In this document: positions 36,678-46,739 of the stretch, piece by piece | Numbering within the stretch: the stretch's first letter is position 1 | Layout of the letters: the number at the start of each line of letters is the position of its first letter | Virus record (IMG/VR): IMGVR_UViG_643348570_000002 | Strand: one strand, 5' to 3' | DNA length: 64,000 nt | DNA from: an uncultured virus (IMG/VR IMGVR_UViG_643348570_000002) | Taxonomy: Duplodnaviria > Heunggongvirae > Uroviricota > Caudoviricetes | The notes under the pieces: model-generated | The model's database searches: none | The model's input: the letters and a program-made list of their open reading frames with translations, nothing else | Told to the model about the DNA's origin: nothing | Made by a program: the position numbers and the translations under genes

Positions 36678-37394
36678 ATGGCTAACACCCTCCGCATCCT
36701 GATCGGCTGCGAGGCCTCGGGCGTGATGCGCCGGGCCTTCGCCGCCCGCGGGCATGACGTCTGGTCCTGCGACCTGCTGCCGGCCGAGGATCGGTCGAAC
36801 CGTCATATCATCGGCGACGTTCGCGACCATCTGGCCGATGGCTGGGACCTGCTCATCGTGGCGCACCCGCCCTGCACGCGGCTCTGCAACAGCGGCGTCC
36901 GGTGGCTGCACGAGCCCTCGACGCGCCTGCCTGAGACCTATGCGGCGGCGGAGCGCGAGGCTTTCGCCCGGATGGGTCGCGAGGAGCGGCTGGCCTTCCT
37001 GTGGGCCGACCTCGACCGCGGGGCGGCGCTGTTTGCGGCCTGCTGGCAGGCGCCGGTGCCGCGCGTGGCGGTCGAGAACCCGGTGATGAATCCGCACGCC
37101 CGGACCCGTCTGCCGGCGGATCTGCCGCGGCCACAGACCGTGCAGCCCTGGTGGTTCGGCGAACCCTTCTTCAAGGCGACGAGCTTCTATCTGCGCGGCC
37201 TGCCGCGGCTCGCCGCCACCGACCGGCTAACACCGCCCCGGCCGGGGACCGAGGAGCACAAGCGCTGGTCGGCCGTCCACCGCGCGCCGCCGGGGCCTGA
37301 CCGTTGGAAATTCCGCAGCCGCACCTTCGAGGGCGTGGCCGAGGCCTGCGCCGACCAGTGGGGCAGGTGGGCCGCAGAGGAGGCCGTGGCGTGA
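36678..37394 (+). CDS. Short phage C5-cytosine methyltransferase-like protein
   Basis: ILIGCEASG, SCDL, AHPPCT, VENP and RSRTFEGVA.A.A.QW motifs. Confidence 0.8.
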   Translation: MANTLRILIGCEASGVMRRAFAARGHDVWSCDLLPAEDRSNRHIIGDVRDHLADGWDLLIVAHPPCTRLCNSGVRWLHEPSTRLPETYAAAEREAFARMGREERLAFLWADLDRGAALFAACWQAPVPRVAVENPVMNPHARTRLPADLPRPQTVQPWWFGEPFFKATSFYLRGLPRLAATDRLTPPRPGTEEHKRWSAVHRAPPGPDRWKFRSRTFEGVAEACADQWGRWAAEEAVA

Positions 37395-38152
37395 TCCCCG
37401 GCATCACCATCCTGCCCGGCGACTGCCTCGCCTCCATGCGCACGCTGCCGAATTGCAGCGTGGATGCCGTGGTCACCGATCCGCCGTACGGCCAGACCAG
37501 CCTGCCGTGGGATCGGTTCGTCTATGGCTGGATGGCGGAGATCGGCCGCATCCTGAAACCGACCGGTTCGGTATGGGTCTTCGGCACACTGCGCACGTTC
37601 ACCCAGCACTGGCGCGAGTTCGACGGCTGGACCCTCGCGCAGGACATCGTGTGGGAGAAGCACAACGGCTCGAGCTTCCACGCGGACCGCTTCCGGCGGG
37701 TGCATGAGCAGGCTGCGCACTTCTACCGGGGAGACTGGGCCAGCGTCTACAAGGGCAAGGTGGTCACGATGGACGCGACCGCCAAGAGCGTTCGGCGCAA
37801 GACGCCGCCCGTCCACATGGGGTGGATCGACCACGGCTCTTATGTCTCCGAGGACGGCGGCCCGCGCCTCATGCGCAGCGTGATCTACTCCAGATCGGAG
37901 CATGGCAGGGCCCAGCACCCGACGCAGAAGCCGGCCGCCATCATCGAGCCGCTCATCCTGAATGCGTGCCCGCCGGGCGGCGTGGTGCTCGATCCGTTCG
38001 CAGGCAGCGGGACCACCGGCGGCGTGGCGGCGCGGCTCGGGCGGAAGGCGATCCTATGCGAGGGCAACACGGATTACCTGTCGGTGATGGAGCGCCGGAT
38101 CGGCGGCATCGTCAGTGAGACGTCCGACCTGTTCGCGAGGGCGGCCGAATGA
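37391..38152 (+). CDS. N6-adenine/N4-cytosine DNA methyltransferase (beta class)
   Basis: GDCL, TDPPY, HPTQKP and VLDPFAGSGTT motifs. Confidence 0.92.
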   Translation: MIPGITILPGDCLASMRTLPNCSVDAVVTDPPYGQTSLPWDRFVYGWMAEIGRILKPTGSVWVFGTLRTFTQHWREFDGWTLAQDIVWEKHNGSSFHADRFRRVHEQAAHFYRGDWASVYKGKVVTMDATAKSVRRKTPPVHMGWIDHGSYVSEDGGPRLMRSVIYSRSEHGRAQHPTQKPAAIIEPLILNACPPGGVVLDPFAGSGTTGGVAARLGRKAILCEGNTDYLSVMERRIGGIVSETSDLFARAAE

Positions 38153-38400
38153 CCGCCCAGCACCGCCAGCCCGCACAGCACGCGCGCGTGACCGGTCTCA
38201 CCCACATCCGGGTGGCGGACCTCCGCATGACGGTGCTCGAGGCCGAGGGCACGGTACAGCTCATGGTCGCGCGCGAGGGCGATGCCGGGTGCTTCACCAC
38301 CTTCTTCAACGAGTTCTGCGACGGAGCGACGGCCGGACAGCTGCGGCAGCTGGCCGATGCGGTGGCCGCGGCCTGGGCAGCATCTGGGAGGCAGGGATGA
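38149..38400 (+). CDS. Hypothetical phage protein
   Basis: ATGA-coupled on both sides. Confidence 0.5.
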   Translation: MTAQHRQPAQHARVTGLTHIRVADLRMTVLEAEGTVQLMVAREGDAGCFTTFFNEFCDGATAGQLRQLADAVAAAWAASGRQG

Positions 38401-38666
38401 CCGTCTACGTCGACGATATGCACACCAGCGCGCGCGGTCACCTCGGCCGGATGCGCATGAGCCACATGATGGCGGACAGCACGGCCGAGCTGCTCGAGAT
38501 GGCTGACCGGATCGGGCTCGACCGGCGGCACCTGCAGCATGCGGGGACGGGGCGCGAGCACTTCGACATCTGCCTGAGCCGGCGGGCGCGCGCCGTGGCC
38601 GCCGGCGCTGTCGAGATCACGATGAAGGACATGGCGCGGATGCGCCGGGAAAGGAGGCAGGCATGA
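38397..38666 (+). CDS. DUF4031 family protein
   Basis: MTVYVDD...SHMMADS..EL...A..IGL...HFDI signature. Confidence 0.8.
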   Translation: MTVYVDDMHTSARGHLGRMRMSHMMADSTAELLEMADRIGLDRRHLQHAGTGREHFDICLSRRARAVAAGAVEITMKDMARMRRERRQA

Positions 38667-38941
38667 GCGACACGAGGCCTTTCACCCCTGACATGCTGGC
38701 GGACCGCTGGGGCTGCTCGGCCGAGACCGTGCGCCAGCTGGTCAAGTCCGGCCGCTTGTCCGGGTTCAGGGTGGGACGCATGATCCGAATCCCAGCACGA
38801 TCAGTGGAGGACTACGAATGCGCGAGTATCGGATCGGCCGCCTCAACGGGCGGTTCGTCGTCTCATGGTGGGAGGATGGAGCCCGAAGGCGCTATCGTCT
38901 TGACGCACGCACGCGAGCGGAAGCCGAGGTCGAGGCGCTAG
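38663..38941 (+). CDS. xis: Excisionase (HTH_17-like)
   Basis: FTPDMLADRWGCSAETVRQLV..G.L..FRVGRMIRI; overlaps int. Confidence 0.8.
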   Translation: MSDTRPFTPDMLADRWGCSAETVRQLVKSGRLSGFRVGRMIRIPARSVEDYECASIGSAASTGGSSSHGGRMEPEGAIVLTHARERKPRSRR

Positions 38942-39816
38942 ACCGGATCCGCAGGGAGACCCTGCCCGCCGGGGCGACGACCGTCCGAGACCTGTGGGCG
39001 GCCTATCTTGCCGATCGCAAGGGCCGCCCGGTCGAGCGCAACATGCGGTCCAGCGGCAACGTCGTCCTGCCGCACTTCGGCGCGCTGCGGCCCGATCAGA
39101 TCACGCCGGAAGCCTGCCGGAGCTACACCAAGGCGCGGCGCAAGACGGTCTCGGTCGGCACTGTCTGGACGGAGCTCGGCCACCTGAGGACATGCCTGCT
39201 CTGGGCGGCAAAGCGCGGCCTGATCCAGGTGGCGCCGCACATCGAGAGGCCCGCCAAGCCGGCGCCGCGCGACCGCTATCTGACGCACGCCGAGGTTTCG
39301 AGGCTGATGGAGGCCGAGTGCGAGCCCCACATCAAGCTGGCGATCACCGTCCTGCTGACGGCGGCGGCTCGCGTCGGAGCGGTGCTGGAACTGACGTGGG
39401 ATCGGGTTGACCTCGAGCGAGGGCAGATCCGGCTGAGGGTCGACGCCGAGGGGCCGCGGAAAGGCCGGGCGACGGTGCCGATCAACAACACGCTCCGCGC
39501 CGCGCTGACATCCGCCCGCGCGGCCGCGCTCTCTGACCATGTGATCGAGTGGGCGGGCGGGCCGGTCAAGTGCATCCGCAAGGGCTTCCTGCGCGCGGTT
39601 TCCAATGCCGGCCTGTCGGACGTGACGCTGCACACTTTGCGCCACACGGCCGCGGTCCACATGGCCGAGGCCGGCGTGCCCATGGACGAGATCAGCCAGT
39701 ATCTCGGCCACTCGAACGTGCAGATCACCTCCAGCGTCTATGCGCGATTCTCTCCGCAGCATCTGCGGAAGGCCGCGGATGCGCTGGAGTTCGGGGCTCT
39801 GCGGGTCGTGAAATGA
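38818..39816 (+). CDS. int: Phage tyrosine integrase
   Basis: AAR, HTLRH, LGH and VY catalytic residues; adjacent to the tRNA. Confidence 0.93.
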   Translation: MREYRIGRLNGRFVVSWWEDGARRRYRLDARTRAEAEVEALDRIRRETLPAGATTVRDLWAAYLADRKGRPVERNMRSSGNVVLPHFGALRPDQITPEACRSYTKARRKTVSVGTVWTELGHLRTCLLWAAKRGLIQVAPHIERPAKPAPRDRYLTHAEVSRLMEAECEPHIKLAITVLLTAAARVGAVLELTWDRVDLERGQIRLRVDAEGPRKGRATVPINNTLRAALTSARAAALSDHVIEWAGGPVKCIRKGFLRAVSNAGLSDVTLHTLRHTAAVHMAEAGVPMDEISQYLGHSNVQITSSVYARFSPQHLRKAADALEFGALRVVK

Positions 39817-39879
39817 CCGCGCGTAGGTTCAATGAACCCAAGCGCGTCTCGCACTTCCAGAAAAAACCGTGTGATTTCA

Positions 39880-39955
39880 CGGTGGGTGGTGAGGGGCTCG
39901 AACCCCCGACATCCTCGGTGTAAACGAGACGCTCTACCAACTGAGCTAACCACCC
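39880..39955 (-). tRNA. tRNA-Val (anticodon TAC); 3' end reads CCG
   Basis: Cloverleaf GGGTGGT...ACCACCC-A with TTCGA T-loop and TT-TAC-AC anticodon loop. Confidence 0.95.
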
Positions 39956-40499
39956 GTTGCCTGCCCTCTACCTCAGCCCGAGGCCGGTCCGCAAGCAGAC
40001 AACGTCAGATCGCCCCCCGAGCGCCCCAATCTCGTTTGGGACGCGAAGCAAGCCCGGTCGTCGGAAGGCCGTGCGAGGTCTGGGTCCGCCCATGGATCTG
40101 CTCATACTGCGGGGAGTAAGGGAGCAAGAAGTGTGAGGATGGTTTTCCGGTCAAGCGGTGGACGGCGCAGCGCAATCGACATGACCGGAACGGCAATGGC
40201 GCCGCCGAAGTCACAACAAGGCCGGTGGCCGAGGCCAACGGGTCCCATGATCTGATACCTTTTGAAATCGAAGGTTGGGCCAAGAATGCCAGGAGGCGGA
40301 TGGAGAATGCGCGCCACCTGCGATGAGCGAGCTTGATGTCTGGCTTGGCGGGAAGATGTTGGCGCTATTGCTTTGTGAGCTCGCCGAGCAGAGGCGGTGG
40401 GGGATCGGGGGCCGGCCGGCGGGTGGGAGCAGCCGCGGCTACCGGCTTGATCGCCCAGCGGTCGCCCCGTTGCATCTTCCCCACGGGGAACGGACCGTG

Positions 40500-40880
40500 G
40501 ATCCAAGGGAAGCGGGACGATCCGGCGGACAATTCCAGCGCGACGCCTCCGGAGCCTGCACGCGGATCATCGCGGTCGACCGGAACCCCGCTGGCATCCC
40601 CCGCTGCACTCGAGCGGCGCGAGATTGGGATGCTGGAACTTCTGGATGATATCCGGGATCGAGCGGGACAACGGGATCCTGCACGGCGCGCCCTCCATCG
40701 GCCGGCTGATCCGGACGTAGCAGCGCATTGAAGGATCCGGCAGCGCGACCGCACCCGGCCTCCGACCCGATCACCGACGAGGTGCCGCATCTGCGCATCA
40801 TCAAGGAGGAGCTCTGGCACCGGGTGAAGCACCTGCAGGGCACGATCCGCGCGGACATCCGGCGTCGCGAGGACAGGCCG
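40500..40880 (+). pseudogene. Degraded large serine recombinase fragment
   Basis: DEVPHLRIIKEELWHRVK and NGIL remnants in broken frames. Confidence 0.55.
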
Positions 40881-40919
40881 AACGCGCCTTGCTAGGCCAA
40901 AAGTCACGCCCCGGTCGCT

Positions 40920-41370
40920 CGTGCGCGCGATCACCAGCATGTCGCGCTCGAATGCAAGGCCTGCGGCGGCCTGACGGCGGACCGCACCAAGGTGCTGGCG
41001 GGCCACCAGCCGCATTGCGCCGCCTGCAAGCGGGACCGCTGGACGGGGCCGGCAGAAGCGGCAGGGCTCACCGTCCTCGGCCGCGACAAGACCAACCGCG
41101 CCCACGCCATCGCGCGCCCTGCGGCCACAAGGTACGGCGCCAGAGCCAGATGATCGTGCGCATAGCGCGGGGCGAGACGAGCTGCGCTGCAGGACCTGCC
41201 ACGACGCGAGGGAAGCGGCGGACGCGGAGCGACGCGACCGGCAGCTCGTGGGTCCCGACCCGCAGAGAAATCCGAGCTACCGGCTCTAGCGGCACGCGGC
41301 CTGCAGCCACGAACAGCGCGTCCTGCGCGCCAAAATGCAGACCGGCCACTTCACCTGCGGCGGTTGCGGC
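40920..41370 (+). pseudogene. Degraded multi-CxxC zinc-ribbon protein
   Basis: CKACG, CAAC, CGH, CRTC and CGGCG across frameshifts and a stop. Confidence 0.4.
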
Positions 41371-41389
41371 CCCCCTGGATGACCGCGAA

Positions 41390-42006
41390 GAGCGCGACGC
41401 GCGCAGGAAGGGCGACTTCCTCATCGACGAGGACCAAGCGGCCATCGTGCGCCGGATCTTTCGCGACTACGCCGCCGGCGTCTCGCCGCGAAAGATTGCG
41501 GCGCAGTTGAACGCCGAGTACATCCCTGCACCGCGCGGGCGCGGCGACGGCCGGGCCACTGGAAGCAGAACACGATCAACGGCAACCAGGCGCGCGGCGC
41601 CGGCATCCTGAACAACGAACTCTACATCGGCCGACGGGTCTGGAACCGGCTGCGTTACGGCAAGCATCCGACGACCGGGCGCCGGATCTCGCGGCTGAAC
41701 AAGCCGGAAGCTTGGGAGATGAGCGAGGCCCCTGCCCTGCGGATCGTCGATCAGGACCTGTGGGATACGGTGAAGCAGCGGCAGGCGCGCCCGGCGAAGC
41801 TCAGCGCCGAGACGGCGTCTGCCGACCGGACGGATCTCGCGGCCAACCGGGTGTTGAAGCGGCGGCGGCACCTGCTCTCGGGCCTCGTGCGCTGCGGGAT
41901 CTGCGGCGGTCCGATGACCGTAGCCGGGGGCTCCGCCCGGGGCGGCAAGCGCCGCTACTACTGCACGAACCACAAGGAGAAGGGCGAGAGCGTCTGCCCC
42001 GGCCAA
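41390..42006 (+). pseudogene. Large serine recombinase fragment (recombinase + Zn-ribbon)
   Basis: AAIVRRIFRDYAAG, GILNNELYIG and LLSGLVRCGICGG; frameshift near 41550; cut by an IS. Confidence 0.85.
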
Positions 42007-42334
42007 CCAGCCTCACGAAGGATCAGCTTTTCGAGCGTAAGATCCGACACGGCCTTCCGCAGCCGCTCGTTCTCCCTCTCCAGTTCCTTCAGCCGCTTCA
42101 CCTGGTCAGACTTCAGGCCGCCGAACTCCTTGCGCCAGCGGTAGTAGGTGAACTGGGTTACGCCGATCGATCGTAAGGCCTCGGACACCGACCGGCCCTG
42201 CGGCACCAGCACGTCGACCTGCCGGAGCTTCGCCACGATCTCCTCCGGTTTATGCTTCTTCTGGGTCATTCCTGCATCCTCTATTCGGCTCGAAAGCCTA
42301 CCTCAGGAAGGACCACTTTTCAGGGGGCAGACCA
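42007..42334 (-). mobile_element. Truncated IS3-family element (left IR + orfA)
   Basis: TGGTCTGCCCCCTGAAAAGTGGTCC end; orfA MTQKKHKPEEIVAKLRQVD from 42269; orfB absent. Confidence 0.85.
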
Positions 42335-42700
42335 CCTATCGCAGCCCCGAACATAATCGCACCATGGGCGGGGCCCCGGCATCGAAACACATGCAGGGCA
42401 CCGCCTTCGACATCGCCATGTCGAACCACGATCCCGCGGCCTTCGAGGCAGCGGCGCGGGCCGTGGGCTTCCTTGGCTTCGGTACCTATCCGCGTTCCGG
42501 CTTCATGCACATCGACCTTGGTCCTGCCCGGTCCTGGGGCGATCCGTTCCCGGCGCGGCTTGTGCCCTTCGGCCCGGAACTCCCGCCTGTGCGTGAGGTG
42601 CTTTCAGAAAGCCGCACCCTGCGCGGTGGCGGCGCGGCCGGGATGGAGGTGCTGCAAGACGCCCTTGTGGAAACCCAGTCCACGATCGGGCCCGGGCCGC
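42335..42700 (+). pseudogene. Fragment of an M15A peptidase phage lysin
   Basis: YRSPEHN..GGA..SKHMQGTAFDI...FMHIDLG; 5' end removed by the IS. Confidence 0.8.
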
Positions 42701-42906
42701 CGGCGAGGTCGAAGCGTTACCGAAAGTGGCCGTCATCGTGCGGATGCTCAGCGATTACGCCGTGCTGCGGGATCAGGCCTGGGCTTGCAGGTAATGACTA
42801 ACCCACGCATCGAGAATGGTCCGAGATTCTGGCGCTTCCCCTCCTGCGACGAAGATGCGCTCCGGGTCATCCTAGGCGAATGGTTTAACCGTTCGCTGGG
42901 CGTTCG

Positions 42907-43477
42907 ATGCAGATTTCTTCGATCCTCGATTACATTGACAATGGCCACATGGCGCTGCCGGAATTCCAGCGCGGGTATGTCTGGGGACGAGAGCAGGTTC
43001 GAGGACTTTTCCAGTCGCTGTATCGCGGGCATCCTGTCGGGAGCCTTCTGGTATGGGCGACGGACGCGTCCACGGCCACGCATCGCGGCGACGGCAAGCT
43101 TGCACCAGGGGTCGTCAAGCTCCTGTTGGACGGCCAACAGCGCATCACCTCGCTCCATGGTGTGATCCGGGGAAAACCGTCTCGCTTTTTCGATGGAAAC
43201 GCAAAGGCGTTCACGGACCTGAGGTTCAACCTCGCCAGCGAAGACTTCGAGTTTTACCAACCGATCAAGATGCGGGACGATCCGCTCTGGATCGACGTTA
43301 CCGAGGTCATGCAGAAGGGGAATGCTGGCATCGGTGCGTTCCTGACCACGCTCAGCCAGAACCCGGAGAACCTTCCGAAGATCGGTGAGTATGTCGGCCG
43401 TTTGAACCAGCTTCTCGGGATCCGCGACAAGGCGTTCCACATCGAGGAGGTTACGGGTGCCGACAAGACGCTCGATG
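42907..43477 (+). pseudogene. DUF262 (GmrSD-like) N-terminal fragment truncated by an IS
   Basis: [10 protein letters not shown] and [11 protein letters not shown] motifs. Confidence 0.85.
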
Positions 43478-43530
43478 TGAACCGCGCCGGGTTTGGCGGA
43501 GGCTTCAACTCTTCAGTAGGCTGGAGCATC

Positions 43531-43854
43531 ATGAGCAAGACCACGAACAAGTTTTCCCCTGAAGTGCGCGAGCGGGCCGTGCGGCTGGTTCTGGACAACG
43601 AGGCGCAGCATCCGTCGCGCTGGCAAGCGGTGATGTCGATCGCGGTGAAGATCGGCTGCACGCCGCAGACGCTTAACGACTGGGTGAAGAAGGCCGAGGT
43701 TGACAGCGGTCGGCGCGCCGGCATTCCGACCGAGATGTCTGAGCGGTTGAAGGCGCTGGAACGCGAGAACCGGGAGCTGCTCCAGGCGAACGATATCCTC
43801 CGGAAGGCGTCAGCGTATTTTGCGATGGCGGAGCTCGACCGCCGGTCGAAGTGA
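43531..43854 (+). CDS. IS3 transposase OrfA
   Basis: [21 protein letters not shown] plus leucine zipper. Confidence 0.9.
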   Translation: MSKTTNKFSPEVRERAVRLVLDNEAQHPSRWQAVMSIAVKIGCTPQTLNDWVKKAEVDSGRRAGIPTEMSERLKALERENRELLQANDILRKASAYFAMAELDRRSK

Positions 43855-44759
43855 TGGTCAGGTTCATCGACGACCATCGAGGTGAACACGGGGTCGAGCC
43901 GATCTGCGGCGTGCTGCCGATCGCTCCGTCCACCTACTATTGTCATCTGGCGAAGCGGGCCGATCCGTCCCGGCTGTCGGATCGGGCACGTCAGGACGAA
44001 GCGCTGCGCCCCGAGATCCTTCGCGTGTTCGAGGAGAACTGGCGGGTCTATGGCGTCCGGAAGGTCTGGCGACAGCTTGGTCGGGAAGGCTTCGATGTCG
44101 CGCGATGCACGGTGGCGCGGCTGATGAAGAGCATGGGTATTCAAGGCATTGTCCGCGGCAAACCGCACCGCACGACGATCCCCGACAAGAAGGCGCCGTG
44201 CCCGCTGGACAAGGTGAACCGCCAGTTCCGCGTGTCTGCACCGAACATGCTCTGGGTCAGCGATTTCACCTATGTCGCCACCTGGAAAGGGTTCGTCTAT
44301 GTCGCCTTCGTCATCGACGCCTATGCACGCCGCATCGTGGGCTGGCGCGTCAGCACCTCGGCCAAAGCGGGTTTCGTTCTCGATGCCCTCGAACAGGCAG
44401 TCCATGAACGCCGCCCGGCGAAGGGTATGGGACTGGTTCACCACAGCGACCGCGGCTGCCAGTATCTGTCCATACGCTACACCGAACGCTTGGCCGAAGC
44501 AGGCATCGAACCCTCGGTCGGCAGCGTCGGCGACAGTTATGACAATGCTCTGGCCGAGACGATCAACGGGCTCTTCAAGGCCGAGGTCATCCACCGTCGG
44601 GGTCCGTGGCGCAGCTTTGAGGCTGTCGAATACGCAACACTCGAATGGGTTGACTGGTTCAACAACCGCCGCCTGCTGGAGCCCATCGGGAACATCCCGC
44701 CCGCCGAAGCCGAGGCGAAATTCTACGCTGCTCTGGACGCTGAACCCATGGCCGCATAA
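43851..44759 (+). CDS. IS3 transposase OrfB (DDE)
   Basis: WVSDFTY, HHSDRG and DNALAE motifs. Confidence 0.93.
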   Translation: MMVRFIDDHRGEHGVEPICGVLPIAPSTYYCHLAKRADPSRLSDRARQDEALRPEILRVFEENWRVYGVRKVWRQLGREGFDVARCTVARLMKSMGIQGIVRGKPHRTTIPDKKAPCPLDKVNRQFRVSAPNMLWVSDFTYVATWKGFVYVAFVIDAYARRIVGWRVSTSAKAGFVLDALEQAVHERRPAKGMGLVHHSDRGCQYLSIRYTERLAEAGIEPSVGSVGDSYDNALAETINGLFKAEVIHRRGPWRSFEAVEYATLEWVDWFNNRRLLEPIGNIPPAEAEAKFYAALDAEPMAA

Positions 44760-45062
44760 CTAACCGAAATCAGCCTCCGTCAAACCCGGCGCCGTTCAAG
44801 TTTCAGTGGTCGTGACCTGCTCCTTGGGGTCATCGACTGTCGCACTTGCAGGCTTCTGGCTGGTGTGGCCGGAGGCGGCGTCGATCCTGCGCGGATTGAT
44901 CGGGAAGCTCGAGCTGACGCCGTATTCGCCGGGCGCGACCTGGCATCGGATCGAGCTCTGCGGAGGACTGGGGGGGGCGATTTTATCGTTGTGCGACGGT
45001 AGGTAGGTGTGGCGCCAACACAAAAGCCCGCACAAGGGGTGCGGGCTTGAGGCAGGGGATAG

Positions 45063-45109
45063 TGGTTGCGGGGGCAGGATTTGAACCTGCGGCCTTCAGG
45101 TTATGAGCC
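45063..45109 (-). other. att site: 47-bp 3' part of initiator tRNA-Met
   Basis: GGCTCATAACCTGAAGGCCGCAGGTTCAAATCCTGCCCCCGCAACCA with no 5' half; CCAAT(A/C)ACTTA direct repeats follow at about 45126-45152. Confidence 0.85.
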
Positions 45110-45318
45110 CAAAGTCGAGCGATTCCAATAACTTAGAAAAACCAATCACTTACGCCGCAAGCCTTTGTTCCGGCTCGATTTTCATGCCCACATACATCAG
45201 CACTCGCACGGATTCGCCTGCAAAACCAGGGCGAAACGTGCATTCGCGGGTTGATGTGGTGTTGATGTAGCCCGGCACCGCTTCTGCTCCTTTATCATCG
45301 CTCGTCCAGCATCGAGAA

Positions 45319-46659
45319 TCACCTCCGGTAGCTCTCCAGCCCGAGCTCGGCCCACATCCACGAGAAATCATACTCGGCAATCGGACCCTCGCCATGCCCG
45401 GCGCTGCGGTTTTCGATGTGCTTCAGCCAGCCGATCACTTTCTCACGCCCCCCGGCCGTGCGCACGGCCTGCCGCGGTGACTTGCACCCCAACGCCGGGA
45501 TCGGCGCGTCCAGCGTTTCGCGGTAATGCTTGTCCAGGTGATCCCGCATCAGCTGGCGAGCGATTTCAGGAGGGATTTCGTCTGCGGTCTCGCGCGGCCC
45601 GTCACGCCGTTGCTCAGCCCGCATCTGCTCAACTGTCCGGATCGTGGTCAACGGTGACCTCAGCAGATCGCCGACAGCGGCGCTGATCAACGACTCGACC
45701 TTTGCCGCGCGCCCGGCCGAGTTGACGGTCACGAGCAGCGTCTTGCCCTTCAGTTCCAGCGAGCCCAGAACGGTGCCTCCCTCCATCTGCGTGTCCAGCA
45801 TGATGCCGCCGCTTCCCTTGCCGCCGCGCGCTTTCCGCACAGCCAACCAGTTCCAGAACTTCGGCCCCTCGGGCAGGAAGTCCTTCACCTGGTCCAGCCG
45901 CTGGGCAATCGTCTTCTGCGTCACTCCGCTGGCGAGCGGGAACCGCAGATCGTGGAACAGCACATCATCGCCGTCCGAATTGGTGAACTGCGGCTGCGCC
46001 GGGGTGAGCGCACGGTCGATCTCGATGAACAGCCAGGCGGAGGTGAAGATTGGCGCGCAGCCCATCAACTGGTCGCGGGAGAGCCGCAGCACATCGCGCT
46101 TCTTCAGTTTCAGGGCATCGCGAAGCCCGGCGAACAGGAAGTCCACCGCCTCGGCGCGGAAGGGCAACAGCGCCCCGGAGATGACATGATGATCGCGTTC
46201 GGGCACCACCCGCACAGCGATCCTGTCCCACTGCTTCAGCGTGCGCGTGGCGGATTTCTCCCGCACCGTGACCGGCGGGGCCTCCGACAGCAGATCGCGC
46301 AGCACCATCGAGGCGCCGGGCCGGACATCGCTGACCTCGTACAGGCTGACCGGCGCATCCCGCAGCGCAGCGAAGTAGGCCCGGTTCAGCGCCGTTTCCT
46401 TCCAGCCGCGCCGCTTCAGGTAGAGGTCAACAATGTTCCCGTCGTCATAGCGCTGGCCAAGGAAGTCCTCGAACCCGCAGCCCCAGAGCACGCCCGACCA
46501 TTGCTCGCCCAGCAGGTCGGCCAAGCCGTCATGGTCGATCTCGAATTCCTCGAGCGCGGGCATCAGATGTTCTGCGAGCACATCCTGCAGCCGTTCGCGC
46601 CAGTCGCCTTCCCGCCCAATGAAGGCCAGAAGGCCGGATATGTCGTTGCGCTCGGCCAT
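45319..46659 (-). CDS. Hypothetical protein with an MbcA/ParS-like C-terminal domain
   Basis: 446 aa; HYRETLDAPIPALGCKSPRQAV. Confidence 0.65.
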   Translation of the reverse strand: MAERNDISGLLAFIGREGDWRERLQDVLAEHLMPALEEFEIDHDGLADLLGEQWSGVLWGCGFEDFLGQRYDDGNIVDLYLKRRGWKETALNRAYFAALRDAPVSLYEVSDVRPGASMVLRDLLSEAPPVTVREKSATRTLKQWDRIAVRVVPERDHHVISGALLPFRAEAVDFLFAGLRDALKLKKRDVLRLSRDQLMGCAPIFTSAWLFIEIDRALTPAQPQFTNSDGDDVLFHDLRFPLASGVTQKTIAQRLDQVKDFLPEGPKFWNWLAVRKARGGKGSGGIMLDTQMEGGTVLGSLELKGKTLLVTVNSAGRAAKVESLISAAVGDLLRSPLTTIRTVEQMRAEQRRDGPRETADEIPPEIARQLMRDHLDKHYRETLDAPIPALGCKSPRQAVRTAGGREKVIGWLKHIENRSAGHGEGPIAEYDFSWMWAELGLESYRR

Positions 46660-46739
46660 TTCCCTTCACTCACTTCCTCGCCTGCACCTCCGCCGTGGGA
46701 TTCTGTCCGGGGCCAGTATCCCACAGCACCTGTCCATTC

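Larger units (their letters stand above)
1..39883. mobile_element. Lambda-like temperate prophage integrated at tRNA-Val; left boundary probably outside the window
   Basis: Complete lysis-tail-head-terminase-replication-cro/cI-early-xis-int order ending at the tRNA 3' end; no second att copy seen, so inclusion of 1-4162 is inferred. Confidence 0.9.
43478..44798 (+). mobile_element. Complete IS3-family insertion sequence
   Basis: 27-bp IRs TGAAC(C/G)GCGCCGGGTTTG(G/A)CGGAGGCT; no target duplication seen. Confidence 0.93.

Noticed and set aside
45063..45109. A second complete tRNA gene
   Set aside because: 5' acceptor strand and D arm are missing; it is an att duplication
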